A DNA stretch of 64,000 nt from Clostridia bacterium (GTDB taxonomy: Bacteria > Bacillota > Clostridia > Oscillospirales > CAG-272), in NCBI GenBank assembly GCA_017504785.1, contig JAFVQL010000010.1, forward strand, positions 25,165 to 89,164, read 5' to 3'. Each line of letters opens with the position of its first letter. The stretch's first letter is position 1. Of the stretch, positions 1-7,690 are shown piece by piece. Below the pieces are notes generated by a model. That model did no database searches, had not been told where the DNA came from, and saw nothing but the letters and a program-made list of their open reading frames with translations. The translations under genes were made by a program, and so were the position numbers.

Positions 1-668
1 TAAAGGTTCTGGGGCGTATCTACCTGCTGGATGATACCGTCTCTCATAACTACGATACGGGTTGCCATGGTCATAGCCTCGACCTGGTCATGCGTTACGT
101 AGATGAACGTGGTCTCAACCTTCTTATGAAGCTTGGTAAGCTCGGTTCTCATGCTCGCACGAAGCTTTGCGTCCAGGTTGGAAAGCGGCTCGTCAAGCAG
201 GAACACCTTGGGGTTACGAACGATTGCACGGCCCAGAGCAACACGCTGCTTCTGACCACCGGAAAGAGCCTTGGGACGGCGCTCAAGAAGGTGCGAGATG
301 TCAAGGATTCTTGCAGCCTCTTCCACGCGGCGCTTGATCTCTTCCTTTGCTACCTTACGCAGCTTCAGACCGAATGCCATGTTATCAAACACGGTCATGT
401 GAGGATACAGAGCGTAGTTCTGGAACACCATCGCGATGTCTCTGTCCTTGGGAGCGATATCGTTTACGTACTTGTCACCGATATAAAGCTCGCCCTCGGA
501 AATTTCCTCAAGGCCTGCGATCATACGCAGAGTGGTGGACTTACCGCATCCGGAGGGACCTACGAAGATAAGGAACTCCTTATCCTTGATTTCAAGGTTA
601 AAGTCCGATACAGCGGTAACGCCGCCGGGATACTTCTTGTAAATGTGTCTAAGAGAAAGACCTGCCAT
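1..668 (-). CDS. Sugar ABC transporter ATP-binding protein (MsmX/MalK/UgpC family), 3' end cut by window edge
   Basis: Absent from the ORF track because it runs off the window. My minus-strand translation from ATG 668 gives [105 protein letters not shown]...[36 protein letters not shown]. Walker A, Q-loop, ABC signature and Walker B are present, with RBS AAGGAGA upstream. The + ORF 90..716 is its antisense shadow. Confidence 0.93.
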   Translation of the reverse strand, partial: MAGLSLRHIYKKYPGGVTAVSDFNLEIKDKEFLIFVGPSGCGKSTTLRMIAGLEEISEGELYIGDKYVNDIAPKDRDIAMVFQNYALYPHMTVFDNMAFGLKLRKVAKEEIKRRVEEAARILDISHLLERRPKALSGGQKQRVALGRAIVRNPKVFLLDEPLSNLDAKLRASMRTELTKLHKKVETTFIYVTHDQVEAMTMATRIVVMRDGIIQQVDTPQNL

Positions 669-832
669 TTTTTAAGTTCTCCTTGTTGTTTTTTATTTTT
701 ACATTGTATAGTATAACAAAAACAAAGCATTTTTCCAATTGGCAACATCACGATTTTTAAGATTATTATTTGTAGGTCTTGCACAAAATATTCTGCATCG
801 TTTTGTACGCTTTCACGTCTCTTTATGCCACT

Positions 833-848
833 TTCTAATTTATTAGAA
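833..848. promoter_or_regulatory. 16-bp perfect palindrome TTCTAATTTATTAGAA (TTCTAATAAATTAGAA on the minus strand), identical to 11434..11449
   Basis: The exact 16-mer recurs at the site just downstream of the 11394..11422 promoter. It has 7-bp arms and lies 165 bp upstream of the ABC ATPase start, inside a ~530-bp gene-free gap. Confidence 0.4.
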
Positions 849-1121
849 TTTTAGAGGCGTTTTTTCAAAAGAAGCGGCGCGCGAAAGAAAAGCGGCAAAA
901 ACTTCCTTTATATTATAGGTCATTTGTATTATAACGCATGATGGAAGCCGTCCAATCGCTCACTTTCGGCACAAGGGAAAGAAGCGTATAGCCACCGCCC
1001 GCCCCGATCGCTATTTTTTAAAGCCCCGCTTTATTACCTGATTTCCTTTGATTTCCCGCGTTCTTCAAAGAAAATGAGATAAAAAACGTTTTTCTCCTTT
1101 TCTTTTTCGGACAAGTCTTGC

Positions 1122-1169
1122 CGAAAAAGAGATCCCGCGCGGCTTTTACACAGTGCTTGCCGCGCGGGA
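1122..1169 (-). terminator. Rho-independent terminator downstream of tpiA
   Basis: An 11-bp GC-rich stem TCCCGCGCGGC (1133-1143) / GCCGCGCGGGA (1159-1169) is followed on the minus strand by TCTCTTTTTCGG. It lies 34 nt after the tpiA stop. Confidence 0.8.
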
Positions 1170-1202
1170 CCTTTTTATTTATAGGGAAAATTTCGGTTTG
1201 AA

Positions 1203-1961
1203 TTAAGCGTTCGCTGCCTTTACGATCGCGGTAAACTTATCGGTCTTGAGCGATGCGCCGCCGATCAGACCGCCGTCTACGTTCTTCTTCGCAAGAAGCT
1301 CCGCAGCGTTGCCGTCGTTCATGGAGCCGCCGTACTGAATGGTGATCTCCTCTGCAGCCTCCGCGCCGTAAAGCTCGGCAATGACCGCGCGGATCGCGCC
1401 GCAGGTCTCGTCTGCCTGCTCGGGCGTTGCCGTAAGGCCGGTACCGATCGCCCAAACGGGCTCGTATGCGATGATCACGTTCTTCAACTGTTCTGCGCTG
1501 ATGCCCGCAAGGTCAAGCTTGGTCTGCATAGCAACGATCTCATTGGTGATGCCTGCAAGACGCTCCTCCTTCACCTCACCGAGGCAAAGGATCACCTTAA
1601 GGCCTGCTTCGAGCGCGGCCTTGGTGCGAAGGTTTACGGTCTCGTCGGTCTCACCGAAATACTGTCTTCTCTCGGAGTGACCGATCACAACGTACTCCGT
1701 GCCGATCTCGCAGAGCATTTCCGCGCTGATCTCGCCGGTGTACGCACCGCTCTTGGCAAAGTGCACGTTCTCCGCACCGATGCGGATATTCGTTCCCTTT
1801 GCGGCCTCTACTGCGGTAGCGATATCTACGAAGGGCACGCAAAGAACGATATCGCACTTATCCATTCCCTTTACCATCGGAGCAAGCTCTGCGATGAAAG
1901 CCTTGGTGGCAGAGGGAGTCATATTCATTTTCCAGTTTCCTGCAATTACGGTTCTTCTCAT
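1203..1961 (-). CDS. tpiA: Triose-phosphate isomerase
   Basis: ORF 1203..1988. I moved the start to ATG 1961 (MRRTVIAGNWKMN) because AGGAGA lies 7 nt upstream. Motifs: AGNWKMN, VIGHSERR, AYEPVWAIGTG. Confidence 0.96.
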   Translation of the reverse strand: MRRTVIAGNWKMNMTPSATKAFIAELAPMVKGMDKCDIVLCVPFVDIATAVEAAKGTNIRIGAENVHFAKSGAYTGEISAEMLCEIGTEYVVIGHSERRQYFGETDETVNLRTKAALEAGLKVILCLGEVKEERLAGITNEIVAMQTKLDLAGISAEQLKNVIIAYEPVWAIGTGLTATPEQADETCGAIRAVIAELYGAEAAEEITIQYGGSMNDGNAAELLAKKNVDGGLIGGASLKTDKFTAIVKAANA

Positions 1962-1987
1962 TTTCAAATCTCCTATGCGCGCGGGCA

Positions 1988-3304
1988 TTACTTATCCTGC
2001 AGGCAGGAAACGCCGGGAAGATCCTTACCCTCAAGGAACTCGAGGGATGCGCCGCCGCCGGTGGAGATGTGCGTGATCTTGGAAGCAAAGCCAAGCTGCT
2101 CGCAAGCCGCCGCAGAGTCACCGCCGCCAACGATGGTGGTCGCGCTGCTGTCTGCCAGAGCCTGTGCTACCGCGATCGTACCCTTTGCAAGGGTGGGGTT
2201 CTCAAATACACCCATGGGACCGTTCCAAACAACCGTCTTTGCGGAAAGAACCGCGTCTGCAAACAGCTTTGCGGTCTTGGGACCGATGTCCATACCTTCC
2301 TTATCGGCAGGGATCTCGCTGGTGTTTACGTACTCAATGTCGATGGGTGCATCGATGGGGTTGGGGAAATCAACGGCAACGGCATTATCAATGGGAAGAA
2401 GGAGCTTCACGCCCTTTTGTGCTGCCTTTGCCATCATCTCGCGGCAGTAGTCGATCTTGGTTTCGTCAAGAAGCGACTTACCAACGCAGTATCCCTTTGC
2501 GGCCGCGAAGGTGAATGCCATACCGCCGCCGATGATCAGGGTATCAACCGTGTTCAAAAGGTTTTCGATTACGTTCAGCTTATCCGCAACCTTCGCACCG
2601 CCGAGGATCGCAACGAAGGGACGCTCGGGATTGGAAAGTGCCTTGCCCATAACGGAGATCTCCTTCTGGATCAGGTAGCCGCAAACGGCGGGAATGTAAT
2701 CCGCAACGCCTGCGGTGGATGCGTGTGCTCTGTGAGCCGCGCCGAACGCATCGTTTACAAACAGGTCTGCAAAATCCGCAAGCGCCTTTGCAAGCTCGGG
2801 CTTATTCTTCTCCTCGCCTGCCTCGAAGCGAGTGTTCTCAAGAAGAACTGCCGTTCCGGGCTTCAGCTCTGCGATCTTCGCCTTTGCATCGGGACCGATC
2901 ACGTCCTCTGCGAAAACAACCAGCTCCTTGCCGAGAAGCGCGTTCAGTCTTTCGCAAACGGGCTTCAGCGTGAGCTTCTTCTTATCGTTTTTCAAAGCCT
3001 TTGCAAGGAGCTCCGCCTTTGCCGCTGCCTGCTCTGCCTCGGGAAGTGCTTCCACAGCCTTCTTCTCCTTCTTGGTCAGACCGAAGCCCTCGGTAAAGAT
3101 ATTGTGGGGCTTGCCCATGTGAGAGCAAAGAATCACCTTTGCACCCTTACCGAGCAGATACTTGATGGTAGGGAGTGCCTCAACGATTCTCTTATCGGAG
3201 GTGATCACGCCATCCTTCATAGGAACGTTGAAATCGCAACGAACCAGCACGGTCTTGCCGGCTACTTCAACGTCTTCAATGGTTTTCTTGTTGTAGGTTG
3301 CCAT
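1988..3304 (-). CDS. pgk: Phosphoglycerate kinase (with a ~44-aa Lys/Ala-rich insertion)
   Basis: ORF 1988..3352. I moved the start to ATG 3304 ([14 protein letters not shown]), which has RBS AAGGAGA. Motifs: [29 protein letters not shown]. It lies directly upstream of tpiA. Confidence 0.96.
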   Translation of the reverse strand: MATYNKKTIEDVEVAGKTVLVRCDFNVPMKDGVITSDKRIVEALPTIKYLLGKGAKVILCSHMGKPHNIFTEGFGLTKKEKKAVEALPEAEQAAAKAELLAKALKNDKKKLTLKPVCERLNALLGKELVVFAEDVIGPDAKAKIAELKPGTAVLLENTRFEAGEEKNKPELAKALADFADLFVNDAFGAAHRAHASTAGVADYIPAVCGYLIQKEISVMGKALSNPERPFVAILGGAKVADKLNVIENLLNTVDTLIIGGGMAFTFAAAKGYCVGKSLLDETKIDYCREMMAKAAQKGVKLLLPIDNAVAVDFPNPIDAPIDIEYVNTSEIPADKEGMDIGPKTAKLFADAVLSAKTVVWNGPMGVFENPTLAKGTIAVAQALADSSATTIVGGGDSAAACEQLGFASKITHISTGGGASLEFLEGKDLPGVSCLQDK

Positions 3305-3342
3305 AAGAAATCTCCTTATTTTCATTTTTTCATACATTAGAT

Positions 3343-3371
3343 ATATTACCATAAATTAAAAAAATAGTCAA
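3343..3371 (-). promoter_or_regulatory. Putative sigma-A promoter of pgk-tpiA
   Basis: Minus strand reads TTGACT (3371..3366), 17-nt spacer, TAATAT (3348..3343), about 40 nt upstream of the pgk ATG. Confidence 0.6.
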
Positions 3372-3449
3372 GACAATCCGTTAAATTTCTGACAATTTTT
3401 CATTTTTTCGGTCTGATGCGCGCGTTTATCGTTTTTTTCAAAATTTTCG

Positions 3450-3478
3450 TTGACTTCTTCCCTTTTCCGTGATACAAT
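3450..3478 (+). promoter_or_regulatory. Strong consensus-like promoter about 300 nt upstream of rsmG
   Basis: TTGACT (3450-3455), 17-nt spacer, extended -10 TGaTACAAT (3470-3478). There is no ORF with an RBS before rsmG at 3779. Confidence 0.55.
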
Positions 3479-3778
3479 AAAGCCAACGCACTCACCCTCG
3501 CACTCGTTTTAAAAAAGCGCGCAAAAGGCGCTTATACGAAGCTCTCTTCCTTTTCGCATCGGCGGCATACGGCCGCGCCCCTTCTCTTTCGTGGAAGAGG
3601 CGCATTTTCCGCCGTTTCCTTTAAGGCGCCGAAGCGCGAAAAAGCAAGGCATTTCGCTCGGCAAAAAAAGAAAGCATTATCACGCCGACCTTCAAGATCC
3701 GTCCAAAAATCGGATCGCCACATAATATTTGTACTCTTTCGTTTACATTTTAACCAAAAAAGCAAAGGAGATATCATC

Positions 3779-4522
3779 TTGAGCATCGCAATGACTGAAA
3801 AGGATTTTTTCGCAGAGATCACGTCGGTTTTTAAGAAAAATTCGCTTTCCTCGCTTCTTTCCAAGGAGAAGGCGGAAAAGTTTTATATGCTGACCGAGCG
3901 ACTGATCACGGAAAACGAAAAATACAATCTGACGGCCATTACCGAGCCGAAAAGGATCATTCTCCAGCATTATGCGGACTGTGCAACGCTTACCTCTCTT
4001 TTGCCGAAGGGCGCGAAGATCTGCGACGTCGGCTGCGGAGCGGGCTTCCCTTCCTTGGTGCTTGCCATTCTGCGCGACGATCTTAAGATCCTCGCCATGG
4101 ACGCCACGGGCAAGCGCGTTGACTACGTGAGAGAGAGCGCCGCCCTTCTCTCGCTCGACGGCGTTTCCACCCTTTGCGCCCGCGCCGAGGACGTGGGCAA
4201 GGATCCCTCCATGCGCGAAAGCTTCGACTTCGTTACCGCGCGTGCCGTGGCGCAGATGCGCGTTCTTGCAGAGCTTTGCCTGCCGCTTCTCAAGGTTGGC
4301 GGCAAGATGATTGCCATGAAGGGAAAAAACGCGCAATACGAGCTCGCGGATGCAAAGAAGGCACTCTCCATTCTCGGCGCGAAGGAAAACAAGGTGATCG
4401 ACGTCGTTCTGAAAAACGACGAGGAGGAGGTATCTCATCCCTTGATCCTTCTCGATAAGGTGACGAAAACGCCTGCTGCATATCCCCGCCCCTACGCGCA
4501 GATCTCCAAAAAGCCGCTGTAA
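3779..4522 (+). CDS. rsmG: 16S rRNA (guanine527-N7)-methyltransferase RsmG (GidB)
   Basis: TTG start with AAAGGAG 8 nt upstream. Motifs: YNLTAI, and DVGCGAGFPSLVLAI (SAM-binding glycine loop). Length is 247 aa. Confidence 0.92.
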   Translation: MSIAMTEKDFFAEITSVFKKNSLSSLLSKEKAEKFYMLTERLITENEKYNLTAITEPKRIILQHYADCATLTSLLPKGAKICDVGCGAGFPSLVLAILRDDLKILAMDATGKRVDYVRESAALLSLDGVSTLCARAEDVGKDPSMRESFDFVTARAVAQMRVLAELCLPLLKVGGKMIAMKGKNAQYELADAKKALSILGAKENKVIDVVLKNDEEEVSHPLILLDKVTKTPAAYPRPYAQISKKPL

Positions 4523-4665
4523 ATAAGCATCAAAAGCATTTTTCCCCTATTCACGCTTCCATCCATGCAAAGGATAAGGCGCGGGAAATATTTCCGTTTT
4601 TTCACAATATGACAAAAAGCCCCCTTTCCTCTATGCTACAATAGAGAAAAAGGAGGCTTTTTTCT

Positions 4666-5115
4666 ATGAATATGTTTGAAGAAGCGCGCGCCCTCTACGG
4701 CACGATCAAGATGTGCGCGCTCACGCAAGGGCAGATCGCGAAGCGGCTCGGCGTGAGCCAAAGCTACGTAGCCAATAAGCTGCGCCTTTTAAATTTTTCT
4801 CCGAGAATGCAGGAAAAAATCACAGAATGCGGACTTTGCGAGCGGCAAGCGCGCGCGCTGCTTCGCATTCGTGACGAAAGGCTCATGGAGCGTGCCATAT
4901 GCGAAATGGCAAAAAAGGACATGACCGTTGCCGAAAGCGAGGCCCTCGTGGACGCCTTTCTTGAAAAAACGGAGATCCGAGTGCCGAAGCACTCGGATCT
5001 CGATCATGCGCTCGCATCCTGCCTATCCCTCTTGCGACTCTACACAAACGTCAGCGAGCACCGCGTGACGGAGGAGGAAAACGAGATCGTTCTCACCGTC
5101 CGTATGGGACGGTGA
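4666..5115 (+). CDS. ParB/Noc-like HTH-only protein (lacks the N-terminal ParB/Srx CTPase domain)
   Basis: LTQGQIAKRLGVSQSYVANKLRLLNFSPRMQEKI...ERQARALL matches the ParB/Spo0J/Noc HTH core (TQEeLAkrlGkSrs.V.N.LRLL.L...v....l..GHARALL). It is only 149 aa, starts directly at the HTH, and sits right after rsmG, where noc sits in Bacillus. Confidence 0.7.
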   Translation: MNMFEEARALYGTIKMCALTQGQIAKRLGVSQSYVANKLRLLNFSPRMQEKITECGLCERQARALLRIRDERLMERAICEMAKKDMTVAESEALVDAFLEKTEIRVPKHSDLDHALASCLSLLRLYTNVSEHRVTEEENEIVLTVRMGR

Positions 5116-5125
5116 GCGGCGAGCG

Positions 5126-7636
5126 TTAGTGTCCTAACGCGCTCAAAGCGTCGTTTGCTTTGGTCATGAAGGTCTTGAACGTCCAGGAGCGCATCGTATT
5201 GGACAAGCCGCCTTCCACGTGGATCAGATTTGCATCCTCGAGCTGTCCCATCGTTACGCTCTTGCCGTTTGCATCGGTGAACATATCCTTGATGGTTTTA
5301 TCCAAATCGACGACCTTCGTATTCGCGGGAACGATCGAAAGAAGTCCCGAACGCGATTCGATCACGTCTTGAAGCTCAAGCTCGTTAAGAAGGCCGTCCA
5401 GCTCGTTGATATTCTTGGAATAGACCTTCTGCAACAATCCGTCGGCCGCAACGCCGTTCTTCTTCCATACGCCGGCGCCGTCCTTTTCGTAACCAATGAA
5501 TTCACCGATCGCAGTTTCTTCCAGCGTTTCCTGAATGTCGGAGATCTGCTTATCCGCAATGACCGCCATGAAGCCCTCGACGGGATCCGTGCCGTTCAAA
5601 TAGCCGTCCGCGGTCTTGGTGTAGCCCATCGCATCAGCGACGGTAACCTTCTTGATCGCAGCGGAAAGTGCTTCGGGATCGGACATTTTTCCTACGGTGA
5701 GATCCGCAAGAGCGGCGTTGATGCCGGTGGCGTCCTCTGTGCCGTCCTTCCACTTGCCGGAAGCCGAATCAAAGGTGAGGCCCGCAACCGTACCGAACTT
5801 CATCGTTTGAATATCGTCGTTCAGATCCCTTACCTCGGAATCCGCAATAGCCTTTACGAGGCCCGTTAACTCTTTATTATCGGGATCACCGACGCCCTCG
5901 TACTTTTCGTACCAAATGCCTTTCACCTTTTCGTAGCCCATGGCATCACCGACGTGCAGATCCTTCACCGCCTTCGAGACCGTGGCTTCGTCATCAAGGT
6001 CCGCTAAGGTGAGATGTGCAAGACCCGCCATCACGCCGGATGCCTTCACGCCGTTCTGCTCCCATACGAAATACAGCGCATCCTCGGCGTAGTTGCCGAT
6101 ATCCTCGGCATCGACCTTACTGTCATCCGCCTTCAAATAGTATACCTTTTCCATATCGGCAATATCGGCGAGGGTGATCTTATCCACCTCCTCGGTCATG
6201 CTGCCGACCTTACTGCCCGCAAGCGTTGCCATGATACCGCTTATTTTTTTGGAATGCGTATCATCGGTATACCAAATGCCTTCCACCTTCACGTAGCCCA
6301 AGGCATCGCCGACCACCGTGTTCTTTACGGCATCGGTGATGGCGGCAGAATCGTTGATATCCTTCACGGCAAGCTCCGCAAAGCTTGCCATAAGCCCTTC
6401 GGCAAGCACGTTATCCGAAGCGCCCTTCTTATAACCCTTTTCGTACCAAGTGATCTCACCCTCGTAATCCGCAAGGTCCTCGATCACGTTACCGTCCGCA
6501 TCCACGGCTACAAGCTCGGCAATATCACCGAACGAAAGACCGTTGATCGTATCGTTCAGATCTCCGACCTTGGAGGATGCAAGCTGTGCCATAATGGAAT
6601 TGACCTTATTTCCTTCGGAATCCAGCCACTCACCCGTTACCGCGTCCTGCTTGTATCCGAGGATCGAAGAGATCTGCACGTTGTTGACTCTGTCATTGAT
6701 CTTATCACCCGTCAACCCATCGATCGACAGATCCGAAAATTCGGAAACGAGGCTTTCCTCCTCGGTCAGCACGATGTGCTCATCCAGAGAGCGGCGGATC
6801 TCGTAGGTATAGTACTTATCCTTGTACTCCACCGTCCCGAAGATCTTGCCAAGAGAAATATCGTCTAACCCCTCGGTCAGCTCGCTCGCGCTCATATCGG
6901 CGATCGCACCTACGACCGAAGCAACCTCATTTCCGTTTTTATCGTACCAAACGGTGATGGGCTCCATATCCTCCACGGGCGTCAGCGTTCCGTTCTTTTC
7001 TTTGATGAACGTGGGAAGACCGGTCTTTGCCTCCAGCTCCATCAGCTCACCGACCGTCAGATCCTCCATGATATCATCCATAGGAACGCCGTTATCCAAG
7101 AATTCGGCGATCGACATATCTGCGAGAACACCGTTGACACCGCCAACGCGCTCACCGGTTTCGGGATCGACCCAGATCAACCGCGGCTCGGCATCGGGAT
7201 CTACGATGCTGTAATTCGGATTTTCCTTCTGCTCGAAGCCGAACAGCTTGCCGAAATACAGCTCGGAAAGGAAATCGTGGATACCGTCCTTGGAAAAGAG
7301 CTTCGTCAGCTCCTTTTCGCGCATATTCTCGGTCAAAAGATTTTCGATCTGCTCGGGCAATATCAATCCGTATCTTTCAACGAGGAAATCCACGGTGATC
7401 TGCGCGCTTTTCAGCGAAGAAAGCTCCGAGATCAGCCCCTGAATGGGCAAAGCGGAAAGATCCACCTCGGCATCGTCTGCCAAAAAGCGATCGGTACTCA
7501 CGCCGAGCTTGTCCAGCGATACCTTCTTATACGCAAAATATCCACCGCCGACCAAAACGCCGACACAGGAAAGAAAACCTAAAGTAAAAGCAAGGATGAA
7601 AACGAATATTCTTGCCAAAATAGAAGCTGCTCTCAT
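5126..7636 (-). CDS. Membrane-anchored repeat protein, function unknown
   Basis: 836 aa with an N-terminal TM helix (IFVFILAFTLGFLSCVGVLVGGGYFAY). It then carries about 60-70-aa degenerate modules with recurring motifs: VGDA[LM]GY.K..G.WY (3 clear copies plus IGEFIGYEKDGAGVW) and G[VI][ML]A.[LI]A......[DE]L. Confidence 0.75.
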   Translation of the reverse strand: MRAASILARIFVFILAFTLGFLSCVGVLVGGGYFAYKKVSLDKLGVSTDRFLADDAEVDLSALPIQGLISELSSLKSAQITVDFLVERYGLILPEQIENLLTENMREKELTKLFSKDGIHDFLSELYFGKLFGFEQKENPNYSIVDPDAEPRLIWVDPETGERVGGVNGVLADMSIAEFLDNGVPMDDIMEDLTVGELMELEAKTGLPTFIKEKNGTLTPVEDMEPITVWYDKNGNEVASVVGAIADMSASELTEGLDDISLGKIFGTVEYKDKYYTYEIRRSLDEHIVLTEEESLVSEFSDLSIDGLTGDKINDRVNNVQISSILGYKQDAVTGEWLDSEGNKVNSIMAQLASSKVGDLNDTINGLSFGDIAELVAVDADGNVIEDLADYEGEITWYEKGYKKGASDNVLAEGLMASFAELAVKDINDSAAITDAVKNTVVGDALGYVKVEGIWYTDDTHSKKISGIMATLAGSKVGSMTEEVDKITLADIADMEKVYYLKADDSKVDAEDIGNYAEDALYFVWEQNGVKASGVMAGLAHLTLADLDDEATVSKAVKDLHVGDAMGYEKVKGIWYEKYEGVGDPDNKELTGLVKAIADSEVRDLNDDIQTMKFGTVAGLTFDSASGKWKDGTEDATGINAALADLTVGKMSDPEALSAAIKKVTVADAMGYTKTADGYLNGTDPVEGFMAVIADKQISDIQETLEETAIGEFIGYEKDGAGVWKKNGVAADGLLQKVYSKNINELDGLLNELELQDVIESRSGLLSIVPANTKVVDLDKTIKDMFTDANGKSVTMGQLEDANLIHVEGGLSNTMRSWTFKTFMTKANDALSALGH

Positions 7637-7690
7637 ACTACCTCCGAGGTTTTAAAACTTTTTCGTAAACTAAAGTTTGCTTTTTTCAAA

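Noticed and set aside
90-716. 208-aa + strand ORF at the left edge
   Set aside because: It is antisense to the MsmX/MalK-type ABC ATPase. That gene is missing from the track only because it runs off the window.
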